A stretch of DNA of 64,000 nucleotides from Dimorphilus gyrociliatus (GCA_904063045.1 CAJFCJ010000015.1:1361423-1425422); one strand, 5' to 3'. Shown: positions 12,001-26,970, counted from the stretch's first letter. Numbers and translations: made by a program. The notes: generated by a model from the letters alone, not told the origin.

Positions 12001-15000
12001 AATCTGGATGAAAAATTGGAGTATGTTAAAGATATTTTAAATAGAGTAGAGTCTTTTCCAACATCTACAAGCAATGAAGAGATAGACAGAGCTCTAGATG
12101 AGCTAAGGAATGCTCAATCAGATCTAAAAGCTATGCAAGATGTCAGTCAAATCATTGCTGAAAAATCAGAAGACACTCAGGTCAATGAAACTATGCTATC
12201 CTCCTTGTCATTAACAGAGAAAAAGTTTAAACATTTACAAGACAAAGCAGATGAATTGAACAATAGCCTAAAACTTACGAAACAGCAAAAGCAGGAGCAT
12301 GAAAATGCGCTAGAGGAATACATGAGTGATTTAAAAGAATACGAAAATTGGCTGGCCGAGGAAAAAACAAAGTCTCATTCATTGCCTATAAATCCTACAG
12401 AAGAAGACTTAGAATCAGTGAAACAAAATCAACGGGACCTGGCGAATAATTTGCTGATTCTAGATGAATTTGCTATAAGATGTGAACAATTACAAGAAAA
12501 TGCCACACCAGCACAAGAACAAACTCTCAAGCTGCGGTTAGCTGAATTACAAAACGCAACATCCGAACTGCAACTTGAGGCTTGCACAAGACAGGAAGAA
12601 ATTCAAACTGCTCTTGTTGTATCGAATAGGCTGAAAGATGATCTAAAAAATTTTGAACAATCTGAAGAAACGCTTAAGAGATGGGTAGAAAAGAGTCGAA
12701 AGAACGAACCCGTTGGAGAAAGCACGCTTTATGTTGAAAATCAAGATAATGATATCAGAGAGGTACAGACTTACTTTACAGATTTTACACACCTTATACT
12801 ATTCAGAATAATGTGTATAAAAGAAATATGCACTAAAAATGCTAGCTGTCAAATTATCCTTAACTTGTTAAAATATTTACTATAGAAACTGCAAGAAGAA
12901 CTAATTCAGCATCAAAACTTTGTTAAGCAATTCACGGAAGATGCAAAAAAGGTTTTAAAAGATGAATGGCAAGAGGAAATTGATGAACCTGAGGTAAAAA
13001 TGCGAGCTCTATCTTTGAAATTGGCAGAGAAAAGGCGTTATTTAGATGAAATTCTCGCTCAAAATACTGTACCAGTAAGCAAAACATACATATGCAATGT
13101 TTTCTCTATTATTTTCCTTTTTTATTAGATATTACAACCATTTGTGACTCCAAATATTCCCGAACTAATAAATGAAACCGGATTAGAGTTGTCAAATGCA
13201 GTTGACGAGAGTATAGCAATTCTAAAAGCTTGCTTATCCGACGTTCAATCTCACGCTGATAGTAGTCAACAAGCTCGGTTACAGCATGTTGAAAAATTGC
13301 AAAAGGCTTATGGCAAAACATTAGAAACAATGACTGAATGGCTAGATCATGTCCAACCAATCGTTCTATCCTCAGCTAGCGATGATGAAGATGATGTAGA
13401 TGAACAGTTGAAACATTTCCATGGCAACATGGATGTTGTTCAAGCAGTTTGCGACCAATTGCAAAGCACCTCACCCAGGGTCCGTGAAAACCTCACGTCT
13501 TTAGATGATTTAACAGCCAGAGTAGAAGCATTAGAGGAAAGAGCAGATACCAAAGATAAAATAAAAAGAGAAAGAGAGAGAGAAAAATCTAGATTGAAAG
13601 ATGCAATGGAACAGGTTCAAAAGGATTTAATAGACCTCCGACGGCAATACGCCGAAACACTAAGACGAGAATCTCCTCTTGAACGTCAGAGAGAGGAAAT
13701 AGAAGAGCTAGATAGAAAAGCACTAAATTTTGAGCAAAAGATAAATGAATTTACTGAAAATGACTGCACCCCAACTCCTGAGCTCACTTCCTTGCAATCG
13801 CATTGTCTTGAGTTGCAGCAACAAGCAGTAGAAACTCGAGCTTATTTGAATAAAGCGTCGTCTCTTCAGAATCAATACGAGCAAGTTTTGCAAGAATTAT
13901 CCGACTTCGTTGAAACAGCTCAATCTAAACTTGCAACCTCCCAGGTCCCTTGCCGTTCTGTGTCTCTCCTTAAGGAAAATAAGCAACACCACAATGAATT
14001 TTTTAAGAATCTTTCATCCCATTGTTCAATCTTGGATAACCTTAGTCAAAGTGTCGATATTTCGACAAGAAACCGTCATAGGAAATGGCACGAGAAAGTT
14101 CTCGACGAAGCTCGTCTCATTGAAGAAAAGGCTGGTGCAAGGGCTGCCCTGTTAGATAAGTTAATAAGAGACTGGACAAAATTAGAGAAAAACGTGAAAC
14201 AACTTCAGACTGTTTTAAAATTCCAAAAAGACAGATTAACTAAATATGAAGACAGTGTTCAATCACCAAGTCAATCAGCCTATAGTGCAAAAGTTGCTTG
14301 CGATGTCCATAGAGTTTTGTACGATCGCCATTCAGAATTAATGGCAACATTAGGAATTGGTAAGGAATTGTTAGAGAAAATTAGCTGCCAAACTTTGAAT
14401 ATAGAGTTGAATGAACTAGGAGAGGATTGGAATGATACAATGAAAATGGCTGACAACCTACATCAACGCTTAGCAAATGTTGTTGATGCCAGAAACGAAT
14501 GGCAAAGAGAAATTAGTGGTTTTGAAAATTGGTTAATAACAGCCTCTACTAGAATGGAAAGTCTGAAAAGCACTCCAATGGAGTATATGATTGATACATC
14601 AATGAACAGGCTTCTCACTCTAAAGCAACAAGTATCAGCCAGAGTTGAAGATCACCAACGCCTAGATGAATTAACAATGAATCTACTTTGCTATGAACCA
14701 CCAGATTATGATAAAATTGAAAGTAGAACCATTAGAGTAAAAGAAGAGTGGGGCAAACTAAAAATGGATTTACAACAGCTGGAAAGTCTAGCTCACATGA
14801 GCAGAACCTCAAGATTACCAACAGAAAGAGCTCTAGACCATGTTTTGACAACATTGTCTGACATTGAAAAATATCTAAACTCAATACATGGAAGTTCTGT
14901 GTCAACCAGACAGGAACTAGGCTCAATTATTGAGAAACTGAATGAAACCAGAGTTGAACTAGAAAGTCGACAAGGTGCTGTTGATTTAGTAAATGACAAA

Positions 15001-18000
15001 GCAACATCTGATCTGGATAATGATAAAATAGCAGAAAACATCGGTGAAATGAACAATTCTTATGGTCTCATGAGTGCAAGAATCAAAGAGGCCATTACAA
15101 TGCTGAATTCAGTAGATGCCGTTTGGAAGGGTGTGGAGGAGGATGTTTTATCTCTCGAATCTTTTTTCAATGAAGAAATGGATCGCTTAAAGAGACGCCG
15201 AGCAGCTATTAGAAAGGCAGATAGTGTCATGGCTGGACTAAAAGACGCAAGGCAAGTTCTTGATTCTCTTAGAGATAAGGAATCAAGAATCGAAGATCTT
15301 AGAAATAAAGCTAAAGAAGTAGTTGATAAAGCAGCAGAAACAGAAATAGTCATTATAAAAGATTTGAAAGTTGTTGACACACTCTCAAACAAATGGCTAG
15401 AAGTTGCACGAAGAGCTAAGGAGGAGGAAAGAGATCTTCATGAAATTTTTGACTTATGGTTATCCCATGATGATAATGAGCAAGCTTGCAACGCGATTGT
15501 CTCACACGCTGAATATGCAACTGAGCGCTTTACAGAAGCATCAGGGGACGCATCAAGCTTAGCCCTTCAACTGAAACAAGTAGAAAACGCACTAGAAGAT
15601 TCAAACAGAGCACCGATCAACGATTTAGCATCAACTGTTAACAAACTGGTAAATATCGTGCCTCCTGAAATTGCAATCGAAATACGAGAAGGTGTAAGCT
15701 CAGTCAGGGAAAGACACACTCATGCTTGTCGAATTTTAGCAGAAAGAATACACCGTTGGAAGAGTATACTATCAATATGGCATACTCTTGAAATTGACAC
15801 AAGTAGATTCGAGAATGAGTTTGAAACGACCAGGCATGATATCGCCCAATTGTTAGTAAATTGTCATGGTGCGAATGGTGAACTTGAAGTTTATTTAGGA
15901 AGCTGCATTACACTAAAAAATCGACTAGATAAATTGAAGACTGAGTGTGAACAATTATTAAGATCAGCCTCTCAAATGGAAATTGAAAGAACTACAAGAG
16001 CTCGTTTGATAGGTCGCTTTGAAGAAAAATTGGGCCAGATTACTGAGTCCAAGCATCAAATTGAAAGAGCGAAAGACAAGCTGCAAACCAATACTGAGAA
16101 TGTTATCCATATCAAAAACGAGCTTGATATGATTGAACAACAAATAAGTGACTGTGAGAGTCATGTCGATGATGACTCCGGAGTAGAAATTTTAAAGTTT
16201 TTGGAAAACGACATTGAATCTCTTACTGGAAAATTATATAGAACAGCTCTGAGTGAAGAGGATACTGCCAGAGCAAGAAAAACACTTTCTAAATGGCATG
16301 GTCTAAAAGCAGCCGTTAACCAAGCTTACAAGAAAAGGATGGAGGAAGTAAATGCCTCTACTAAGTTTACAAATAAGTGCGAAGATTGGCTTCAAACATT
16401 ATCCGAAGCTGAAAGACAACTGGCTAATCCTATTGCTTATACCAATTTTAATGACTTAAAAAGACAAGCAAGCGAGGCAAGAAGTTGGAATAATCAATTG
16501 GCCAGCCGGCAAAGTGCCTTCCATTCAATTGTGGCGGACGCTGAAGTTGCAAACTTAGAGGAAAGTAAAATTGATTTAATGAAAGAACAGTGGGCTTCAG
16601 TCATCCTTAGAGCAGATGAAAGACACCGGCTTATTGATGAAGCTGTATGTAAATGGAATAGCTTTGAAGATTGTAAAGACAAGCTGTCAACTTCTCTGAA
16701 AAAATTAAATGACGAATTGAACATGATGCTTGCTGCAAAAAGTCCATCCTTGCAGTCTCTTCAAGTCAACTTACAAACCCTACAGGTATAGTTAAAACTG
16801 TTTTAAACCAATTTATCAGCAAGAGAAATGATTATTGAAAAATCTAATCTAGCGAGTATCATTTCACATCGAACAACTGGATGTTCTTACATGCGTACGC
16901 GTTGTTGGTCGAGCTTTATTAGGCTCATCATATTGGCTAGAGGTTGTTAAGGAGTTAGCGTTAAATATCTAACCAATTTGATCACGTTTTTTTAATTTGC
17001 CATCACTTAACATGAATTAAGGTTAAAGAATAGGAGGCTATCTAGAGGCTTAGTTTTGTTTGTTTGTCAACGCAGCCACTACAGAGCAAAATTCTTACTG
17101 CCTAACAAGCTAAATTTAAATGAAAATTTCTCCTTTGCAGACACATGAAAGGGATCTTGCTGGCCATCATCAACTTTATGACAGAGTGCAGAATCTCGGC
17201 CAAGAACTTGGTCAGATTTACGAGACAGGGATTTTACAAACAGAATGGTTGGAAGCTCTCGAGAAAGTTGACCAGAAGAAACAAGATATCCACCTTGCTC
17301 TCCGTAATTGGAATAATGCAAATGAATCTCTAGATGAAATGCTGTCATGGTTAAGAAGAGTCAGAACTACTCTCTCACAGAAAATGCCTGAAGATCATGA
17401 TACTCTTCGTTCTTCTTTACATGAATGTGATGATCTAGCAGCTGCATTCATCGCTGCTCAGGGTAGATTAGACCTGGTTCGCCATGATATCGCAGAGGTA
17501 GCTGTAAACGCTTCACCAGAAGAGATTGCCGTGTTAAATGCTAGATCGGATCTTCTTGAGAAACAGTGGAAAGAATTAAAAAACCAAGTAGAAGATAGAA
17601 AAAGTCTAATACAAGATAGGCTAGCCAAATGGACGAACTGGAATCAAGAAGTCAAAGATACATGCGATAGAATGGATGAGCTTCAAACAAGGATTTTTAG
17701 TGTTTGTAAGCATAGTGCATGTGAAGAGGTTTTGCAGAGGTTGGAGGAGTGTGGCGATTGGAGAGAGGAAGCTGATGTTATGAGAGATGTTGTAACAGGT
17801 CTACAACAGCAAGGCAAACAGCTGATGATGGGTGCTGGAGAATTACGAGCAGCCGATATTGAAAGAAAATTAATAAGCTTAAAGGATAAATCAGAAAAAT
17901 TAGAAGATCATTTGTGTCTAAGACGAAGGAAATTATATGACACTGTAGCAGCTGTTCAACAACTCGATAGTAGCATGAGCAGATTAAAGGATTGGCTTTC

Positions 18001-20753
18001 CAATGCGGAAAAAAGGCTAAGTACTCCACCATCTTTCAGTAAACCAGACTCGGGCGAGTTACATAAACATCTTTTGGAACATACTGATACTCAAAGAGAC
18101 TTAGAACGACACGCGGCTGGAATAGCTGCAGTTTTGAACTTGTGTAGCGTCTTAATGAATGACACTGATGCTTGTCCCACGGCTGCTGAAATGCACTCTA
18201 TTCAATCAGTTAAAACATCCCTAGACAGTAGATGGAGAAACTTATGTGTTCTAAGCACTCAACGGCGAGTCATGCTGGAACAAACAGGAAAAAATTGGCA
18301 AGACTTCTCCTCAAAATCAGAAGTTATTTCATCCTGGTTGAGAGAGGCTGAGCGTATTCTTGCTGCTTGTATTGAACCGACTTGTTTACACAATTTAAAA
18401 GACTCAACTAGACGTGTGGAGGAGCTCCAAAACGAATTACATTCACATTTAGCAGATTTGGATGCTCTAAACCGAACTTATCGTCAGCTAGCTAGAGATG
18501 GTCGGACAGATATTGGGCGATCTCTTAAATCTCAAGTAGAAGTTATTAATTCTCGTTGGGATGATGTTCAATCTCAGTGCAAAACGGCAGTTAAACGCTT
18601 GCGATATCAAACTGCTAATCATGAAGAATTTAAATCTTGCAGGCAATCACTAATAGCCTGGTTACACACAGTGAAAGGCCGTGTTTCAAATACTGTTGGA
18701 AGTCAAGATCTAGACATGCTCCAGGATATATATAGAGAACTTGAACAACAACAAGCTCATATTGAACAGTTAGATACCAGTCTTCGTTCTCTGCTCGACG
18801 TTTGTCAACCAGCTGATGGAGAACGTCTTAAAAGCTTAAGAGATGATGTTCACACTCTCTGCAATAGAGTATTTTCTCAGTTGCAATCTGCAAGAAGCCA
18901 AGCCGCTACCGTTCCACCTTTAACCTTAGAAATAGACTCTGATCTCTCTGATGAGGAATCGATATCCGATTCAGTAGAACTTGCTGATCTGACGACTCGT
19001 AGTGATGATTATATGAGGCAATATGAACAAGCTCTGGATTCAGTAACTTCAGCTATTAGTGATGCTGACACGATATTAAGATCTCCAACTCCAATAGGAG
19101 ACGAAGCCTGCGAAGCATATAATGAAGCAATGGCCAGATGTCGACAAGCGAGGGATCAATTAAGGAACAGAGAGGAAGAATTACGATTTGAAGTTGGCTT
19201 AGAAGAAATGACCGGAGGAGTTCATGCTCAAATGGACGCTATCAGATCGAACTTGGATACGATGGGACGAGTTGCTGAGGACAAAACAGAAAGAGCTAGA
19301 AGAAAACGAGATCAGTGGCGTCAGTTGGAAGAAGATACGAGAAAACTTGACTCTTGGTTAGATGAAATTGATGTGACACAAGAAACTACACCAACCGATG
19401 TTGGGAGTATAAAATCAGCTAACAGATCCCATAGGGCTTTGCTAGATTCTCTTGAGGCTAGAAAGCCTGTTTTACTATCGTTGAACATTCTGTCGGAAGA
19501 ACTCATAGAACAGGCCTCTCCGGAAGCCTCCAAACGTCTTAAAAAACGTCTTCTAGCTCTGAATCAACGATGGCAACATGCTACTGAAAGAGCAAAACGC
19601 CGTCAGGGCCAATTGCAAATGGCTTTAGGAGAAAGTGCTGATATCCGTCGTCAAGTCAATTCCCTAGTACAATGGCTCCGAGGGGCTGAAGAAGGCGTTC
19701 ACACCTGTAAGCCAATTAGCGAAGACGACCAATCAACTCTAACAGCAAAATATGGAAAATTAAGACATTTAAGGGATGATTTAGAGAGAACACAACCCAG
19801 AGTTCTTTCCTTGCAAGATACCGTGGAACAACTGGCTGAAGGAAGTGATGATATGGCTAACTGGCAATTTAGAGATCTAGTTGGTCGTCTGACGACTCTA
19901 TTGAGTCTAACATCAACTTATATGTCCCGAATTGAGAGATCCCTAGATTTACCGAGGAGTGCAAGAAGATCAACAACTAGCGTAGCTCTTGAAAGACGCT
20001 ACGGCAGCACTCCAGATTTATTACCAAGACACGTACGAAACTACTCTACGGTAAGTTTATAACGCTTAGTATATTTGGGATATTCTTCCCTTTTAAGCAA
20101 TTGTGAATATACACGTATATGCAAATAGGAAGCAGAACCGACGCAACTACCATTAGCCGAAGGGTAAAGATTTGCTTTACCGTAGTAGTGTACCGCATGC
20201 GCCGTACAGTTTTTTGTGCTATTTTCCTTATTTAAAAAGCACGCTTTTATTGTTTGTCTTTCCTCTTTTATTTGTTCTTTAATTGAACAAAATATATATT
20301 TATATATATAAGTCAATTTGTATGCATTACACAAGCTGCCAAAAAAGTGGTTGACAACATGGTTACAGGTGGGCTTTTTTTAATCATATATTTTCTGTAC
20401 GGCGTTAAGCATGTTGGTTTTTTCCCCATTTTCTTAAATTTACTTTTATTGTCGTTACAAAAAAATACGCATTTAGTTTTTCAGTACCTTTATGACTGTT
20501 GCATGTTATATCTAATAAAGGAACTTCAATCCTAATTCAATTTTACTTCAACAGCGCCCGCTTTGAACATGTGTCAAGATGGCGTCGAATTATATACCGA
20601 TCCGTCCCTATACAAATTCTTTTAATGACTTTATTAGCAGCATCAGCGCTAGTACCTATAATGGATGATGAAGATTTTGCTTGTGTATGGTCAGCGCTTG
20701 AATCTGCCATGGACTTACGTTTGCAATGGCCGAACGGACAAGCGCCGTTTTAA
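1..20753 (+). CDS. SYNE1: Nesprin-1/MSP-300-like giant spectrin-repeat KASH protein, 5'-truncated by the window. Predicted exons: <1-11523, 11635-11700, 11932-12762, 12886-13074, 13129-16785, 17141-20050, 20129-20163, 20555-20753
   Basis: Frame 1 is open from base 1. Every junction is GT-AG and phase-compatible, including a 35-nt exon needed to join phase 0 (20050) to phase 2 (20555). Spectrin-repeat helices contain nesprin-1 signature segments (QRDLERHAAGIAAVLNLCSVLMNDTDAC; LRSPTPIG; QPRVLSLQDTVEQL). The C-terminus is a transmembrane segment plus luminal KASH peptide (RRIIYRSVPIQILLMTLLAASALVPIMDDEDFAC...WPNGQAPF*). Linkage of the giant exon to the downstream exons is inferred from splice signals and coiled-coil continuity. 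Confidence 0.88.
85..4200 (+). repeat. Coding tandem repeat array A: about 19-20 copies of a ~72-aa (216-bp) unit, mostly as alternating 432-bp dimers
   Basis: The TPRSSS motif recurs at 667, 1099, 1531, 1963 (period 432), then 2725 (762) and 3157, 3589, 4021 (432). Each dimer has two diverged halves: TPRSSSVLDELECFE...TNLEST and TPKSSSEISELQFYQ...TQLEST. Confidence 0.93.
4462..9865 (+). repeat. Coding tandem repeat array B: about 24.7 copies of a 219-bp (73-aa) acidic unit, FNDELECKEYLEDGESLLQIMVTTQMESTVFEAEDNINHIAEQQHDIPLDEKSIHKDDEIANEASYITPDKDS
   Basis: Unit starts (AATGATGA..) fall at 4462, 4681, 4900 ... 9718, which is exactly 4462 + 219n for n = 0-24, with no indels. Confidence 0.96.
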
Positions 20754-21307
20754 ATTTTGTTTATTGCCTGCATCTAATGGTGCTTATTTTTTATACAAAG
20801 CTGTCTCAAGGCTGTGCCGTACAATGTTTGCTGTTTTGGCTTTCAAACAAATTTTTATAGTATATGATCGTAGATTTTTGCTTTTCGTTTGTAATTCTAT
20901 TTGTATGTATGCATATATAAATATATATATATATATATGTAAAAATATATATAATTATATATATATTATATATGTTATTTATATGTAATATATATAAAAA
21001 CACACATTTTACATTGACGAATACAATGTTTTTTTCACGTGAAAAACAAAAAATTTCAAAATAAATATAAATAAGAAATTGTTCATTACCGAGTGTATTT
21101 ATATATATATGTATATATGCCAATATGTATAATTATGTATAACTGATGCTAAATCATTAAGACGATCATGCACTGAAAAAATGGCTTAAAACGGCACCAC
21201 TGCAACTTGGGCAGGCAGTTCTTGATAGAGCGCGCCGCGACGAAAGAGGAATGTCGGATAGAGAAGTACAGCTCTATCAAAATATATATATATTTTCTTC
21301 CCTTTCT

Positions 21308-22745
21308 TTAACAACACCCGCTACCGCCTTGTTTGACGGGTGTTCCACCAGTAATCTTAACATTCTTATTATCCGCACCAGCAGCGCCTCCAGTAGGGCC
21401 CATTCGATTCTTTATCTCTGCCGCCATTGTCATAAACGCTTGTTCTACATTCGTCGCGTTTTTGGCCGACGTTTCGAGAAACGGAATGCCCAAATGATCT
21501 GCATATTCCTAATGAAAAAACGGTATTTAATAAATTCAAATATAATTTACTTACAAATAGCTTACCTTGGCGGTAGTATAATCTACAACCTTCTTCGGCG
21601 TTAAATCGCACTTATTGCCTACTAATAACTTGTTGACATTATCCGAGGCATAACGGTCGATCTCCTGTAGCCATTGTTTGACATTGTTGAACGATTCCTG
21701 GTCAGTAACATCATAGACAACAATTATTCCATGAGCTCCCCTGTAATAAGACGAAGTTATCGTTCTAAATCTTTCTTGTCCAGCTGTATCCCAGATCTGT
21801 AATTTTATCGTCTTTCCATCCAGTTCGATCGTTCGTATTTTAAAGTCCACTCCTATAGTACTTATGTAACTCTCCGTGTATGTATCATCAGCGAAACGTA
21901 GCAGTAAACAAGATTTTCCTACTCCAGAGTCTCCAATTAAAAGTAATTTGAAAAGGTAATCGCTGTAATTAAAAAACAAAATATAATCCAAAGCAGTAAT
22001 AATTGAATGTGTTCCCCTGAAAACAATCTTACAAGTCTGTTTCAGCCACAAATTTAGGATCTGTGGGTACAGTATAAGAACAAAAATTTCCATTCGACAT
22101 TCTATTCAATCTCTTATTTTTATAATGAAAAAATATATTTTCTCAAGTTTTTGTAATAAAAAATGTCAGCGCCATCTAGGTCTTACGTCGATCTAAACGC
22201 GTGGAATGTGAATCATCACTGTTATTTCGTAGTCTTAATTTAACTATACCCATCAGTTTGAATCGAAGTGCAAATAGATCAATTTGCCCGTAGATTTTAA
22301 GTGCCCTGGTATTCAAAGCAGATGGTGCCTAAACTATACATTTTATTTTAATTGTTGTAAAATTGTTTATTTTTTTAATCTATAGAATTAGCGCATATTC
22401 CAGACTTAATGTATCACAATTAGCACTTTACTTATAGTATTTTTCTAATTTGTCCTGGTTTTTATCATTTATAAAAAACGAAATATTTTTTTTTCTGACT
22501 AATTGCTAATCATTGAAAGTTTCACATCCAAAACCATCGCAAACGAATGATATAATGTGGTTATAAAGATAATAGAAATATTTTATGTTTCATTGAGACT
22601 AAATAAGCTTAGTGCTATTTAATCGTCAAGAAAAAACTCCCACTTCGACAGCTGAAACTTCCGTTGATGACGTTGACTCAAAATCCTGTCTTGAAAGAAC
22701 TTCAGAAAGATTAGTTACTTACTATTCCGGATTCATCGTAGTCAT
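21308..22745 (-). CDS. RAB1: Ras-related protein Rab-1 (206 aa). Exons: 22745-22723, 21962-21566, 21508-21308
   Basis: N-terminus MTTMNPEY|[17 protein letters not shown]; motifs TIGVDF, WDTAGQE and NKCD; C-terminal GGSGCC prenylation motif. Canonical splice sites with consistent phases give 621 nt. Confidence 0.98.
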
Positions 22746-22881
22746 CTCTGCTTTAATTTACAAAACAATTGTCGGTGAGGGCGAACACGCGCGTGTAGAA
22801 GAATATTTTGCGTCTTTTTCACACCAAAATAGCCCCCACAGAAAATCTTCAATATGGCTACCGAATAGTCAAATGGATATG

Positions 22882-22915
22882 ATTGGTCAACTATGACGTC
22901 ACGTTAGTAACGTGA
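22882..22915. promoter_or_regulatory. CCAAT box, CRE (TGACGTCA) and a 17-bp palindrome in the Rab1/TDO divergent promoter
   Basis: ATTGG at 22882-22886; TGACGTCA at 22894-22901; TCACGTTA-G-TAACGTGA at 22899-22915. The cluster is about 150 bp upstream of the Rab1 ATG. Function is inferred. Confidence 0.45.
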
Positions 22916-23835
22916 TTTTCGTTTTTCTCACAACAATAATTAAATATATAAACAACTTAACTAGATCAAAAAATCAAGTAGGTTATTAATTTATTATTTT
23001 AAGTTTCAGATTAGAAAAGATACGAAAACAGAGAAGAGCGAAACGCAGCGGGTAATTTAAAAATGGAATATAATACTGAAATAAGCTAATATGTATCTAA
23101 ATTTCCCTATTTAATTAAGAAATAATTTTATAAAATAATAAATAAATTCGTTAACTAAAAGTGTTTAATTAATTCTAATTTATTTCTATATATTTATATA
23201 AAAAAAGAACATAGAACAAATGAGATATTCGACTAATAGAAAAAGTAAACTATTGTTCGATATTCAGTATATACGTAACGTAAAGGTTATGTTCCAAAGT
23301 ACAAAAGGACAAAAAAAACATAATTGAAAAATCAAGATTATGCACAAAAAAAAGAATTTAAAAGTTCATAGAATGCCATCTGTTGTAAATAGTGAAGAAA
23401 TATAATTTCATACTTGGCTGATTTCTTTAAAAATTCATAAAATACATGATCGATTTTTCATTTTTCTTTTATAAATATAGTTTAATCATGTATTTAATGT
23501 CGATATAACCTATTTTTCTGTTGTTAACTCTTTACTATATTGTAATGATATGCTGTATAATATGTACTGTATACAGTACATATCCAATCCGGTTGCTATT
23601 TTTAACGATTCTCTATTCAAATACTAAGTAATTTTTATCCTTTTGAGCATCATTTAACTTAGTTGGATAGCAATTGATCAAATAAATCATTTTTATTTTC
23701 GCAATATAATATTTCAATCACATGAATGCCTTTTCCGATTGATATTCTCACATTGTCCCATAGATATCCCAGATATACATTTTATACTACTAGATGTCGC
23801 TCGTAGGTACATGTTCCTCTTTATTTTAGCTTGAA

Positions 23836-25362
<1,527 letters not shown>

Positions 25363-25599
25363 GAGAGAGCAAAAGAAATAACAGCAAAAATAATAAGTCT
25401 TATAATTTCCTATTTCCTCCATTCTTTTGCTTTTATCCTACAATTGACAAGGCCTTCTATTTATCAACTTTTAGACAGTTTATTCACCAGTTTTCTCTTT
25501 AGTTTTTTGCATTTAACGTTCGCAAAATTGTCACTAATTCTTTTATTTTATATGTATTTTTTTTATCTGTTTTCTTTCTTGTGTTGCCAGCCATCCGTA

Positions 25600-25662
25600 T
25601 CTCTCTCCCTCTCTCCCTCTCTCTCTCTGGCTCTTTCTCTCTTTCTCTCTCTCTCCCTCCTC
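25600..25662. repeat. Imperfect (CT)n microsatellite downstream of TDO
   Basis: Directly visible ctctctccctctctccctct... run. Confidence 0.9.
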
Positions 25663-26970
25663 TATAATTTACCTATAGTGTCAGTTTAGATATTTGTGAA
25701 GAAATCTATTTGCTAATAAACATTTCAAATTTAACAAAAAATTGATAAAGTTTTACTTTTGTTAATGAAAAAAGAGAGGAATTAAAAATCTTCTCTAAAA
25801 GGTCAAAATTACGAAAACAATATAGCTAATGTAAAGATATATGTTTATTTAACCACTATATTTCTACAATTGCAAACGTAGGAAAAACAACAATTGGTCT
25901 AATAGAAGAGTGAAATGGTTCAAGTTTAGAATTATTCCAAGTTAATATAATACACCATTGTCTCATAAACAGACAGAGATGGAGATATTCAGAAAATTTT
26001 CAACAAATATCCTAGGTTTACTGCGTAATTTTCGCAGTAAACAAGCAAATGTTTGTCATCTTTTTTTCAGCTCTCGTTTTATTATTATTATTATTGTTCT
26101 CATTTGGTTTGTTTGTTCTTTTGACACAAAAAGAACCTAAGTGTCACATTCAAACACTTTTAGTAGAATAAAATATCGTTTTAAAAAGGCTTACACGGAA
26201 GAAGTTTTATGGGAATATACTTTGCACTTTAAAAAATGTAATGTTTCAATGCAAACTCTTGAATTTCTTAGAATAGGACTATCTTCCTCTAGCTCCTTAA
26301 CCCTATTGTTTATTTCATTTAAAAAGAGTTTGCTTCTTTTTTATCTTAGACAAGTTTATGTTTATAACAATTGAGGGAATGATCAAATTATTATTGTAAA
26401 GTGGATATTAAATGTAAAACAGTTCCCTTTTTAAAAGTTTAAAGTATTTTATTGCTCTCCTCTCCATGCTTTACACTTTTGCCAGCTAACCTTCTAAATA
26501 CCTTCTCTTGTCCTTAAGAAGGATCGATTTGAAATTTTAGAAAGAGAGAGAGAGGTTACAGAACGATTTCGAGATTTATATGTTACAGAGCAACGTTTCA
26601 AATGTTGTTAGTCTTTGTCAATTGTAATAAATTGTATCTTTTCTTGTCCAATATTCCGTAAACAAGCGTTAAACAACTGTGTCTATATACCTATAATGTT
26701 AAAATACTATTATTTAATAATTAGATAATACAAATTTTAAAGAATAGCCAAATTATTTGTATAATTTAAAAATTATAAATACGAATCAACAGCGATATTT
26801 GTAATATTTTATTTTTTAATCACTTTTCTTGAAAAACTGATACTTTATCTTTTTGGAGAATCTATCTGGGAAGAAGAAAGAAATTTTTAAAAGTCAACAG
26901 CGCGGTAAAAGATTCAGACGGAAATCCCAAAGTTTTTGAATAAACTGGTAGTAGTATCTACGCTTTTGGG

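Noticed and set aside
22202-22209. TGGAATGT, matching the 5' end of miR-1
   Set aside because: The match stops after 8 nt and there is no precursor hairpin.
22166-22219. C/D-box snoRNA candidate on the minus strand in Rab1 intron 1 (GTGATGA ... CTGA)
   Set aside because: Only 54 nt box to box, no terminal stem, and the best rRNA complementarity I could recall is 9 bp with a G-U at a site not known to be methylated. An Infernal/snoscan run could revisit it.
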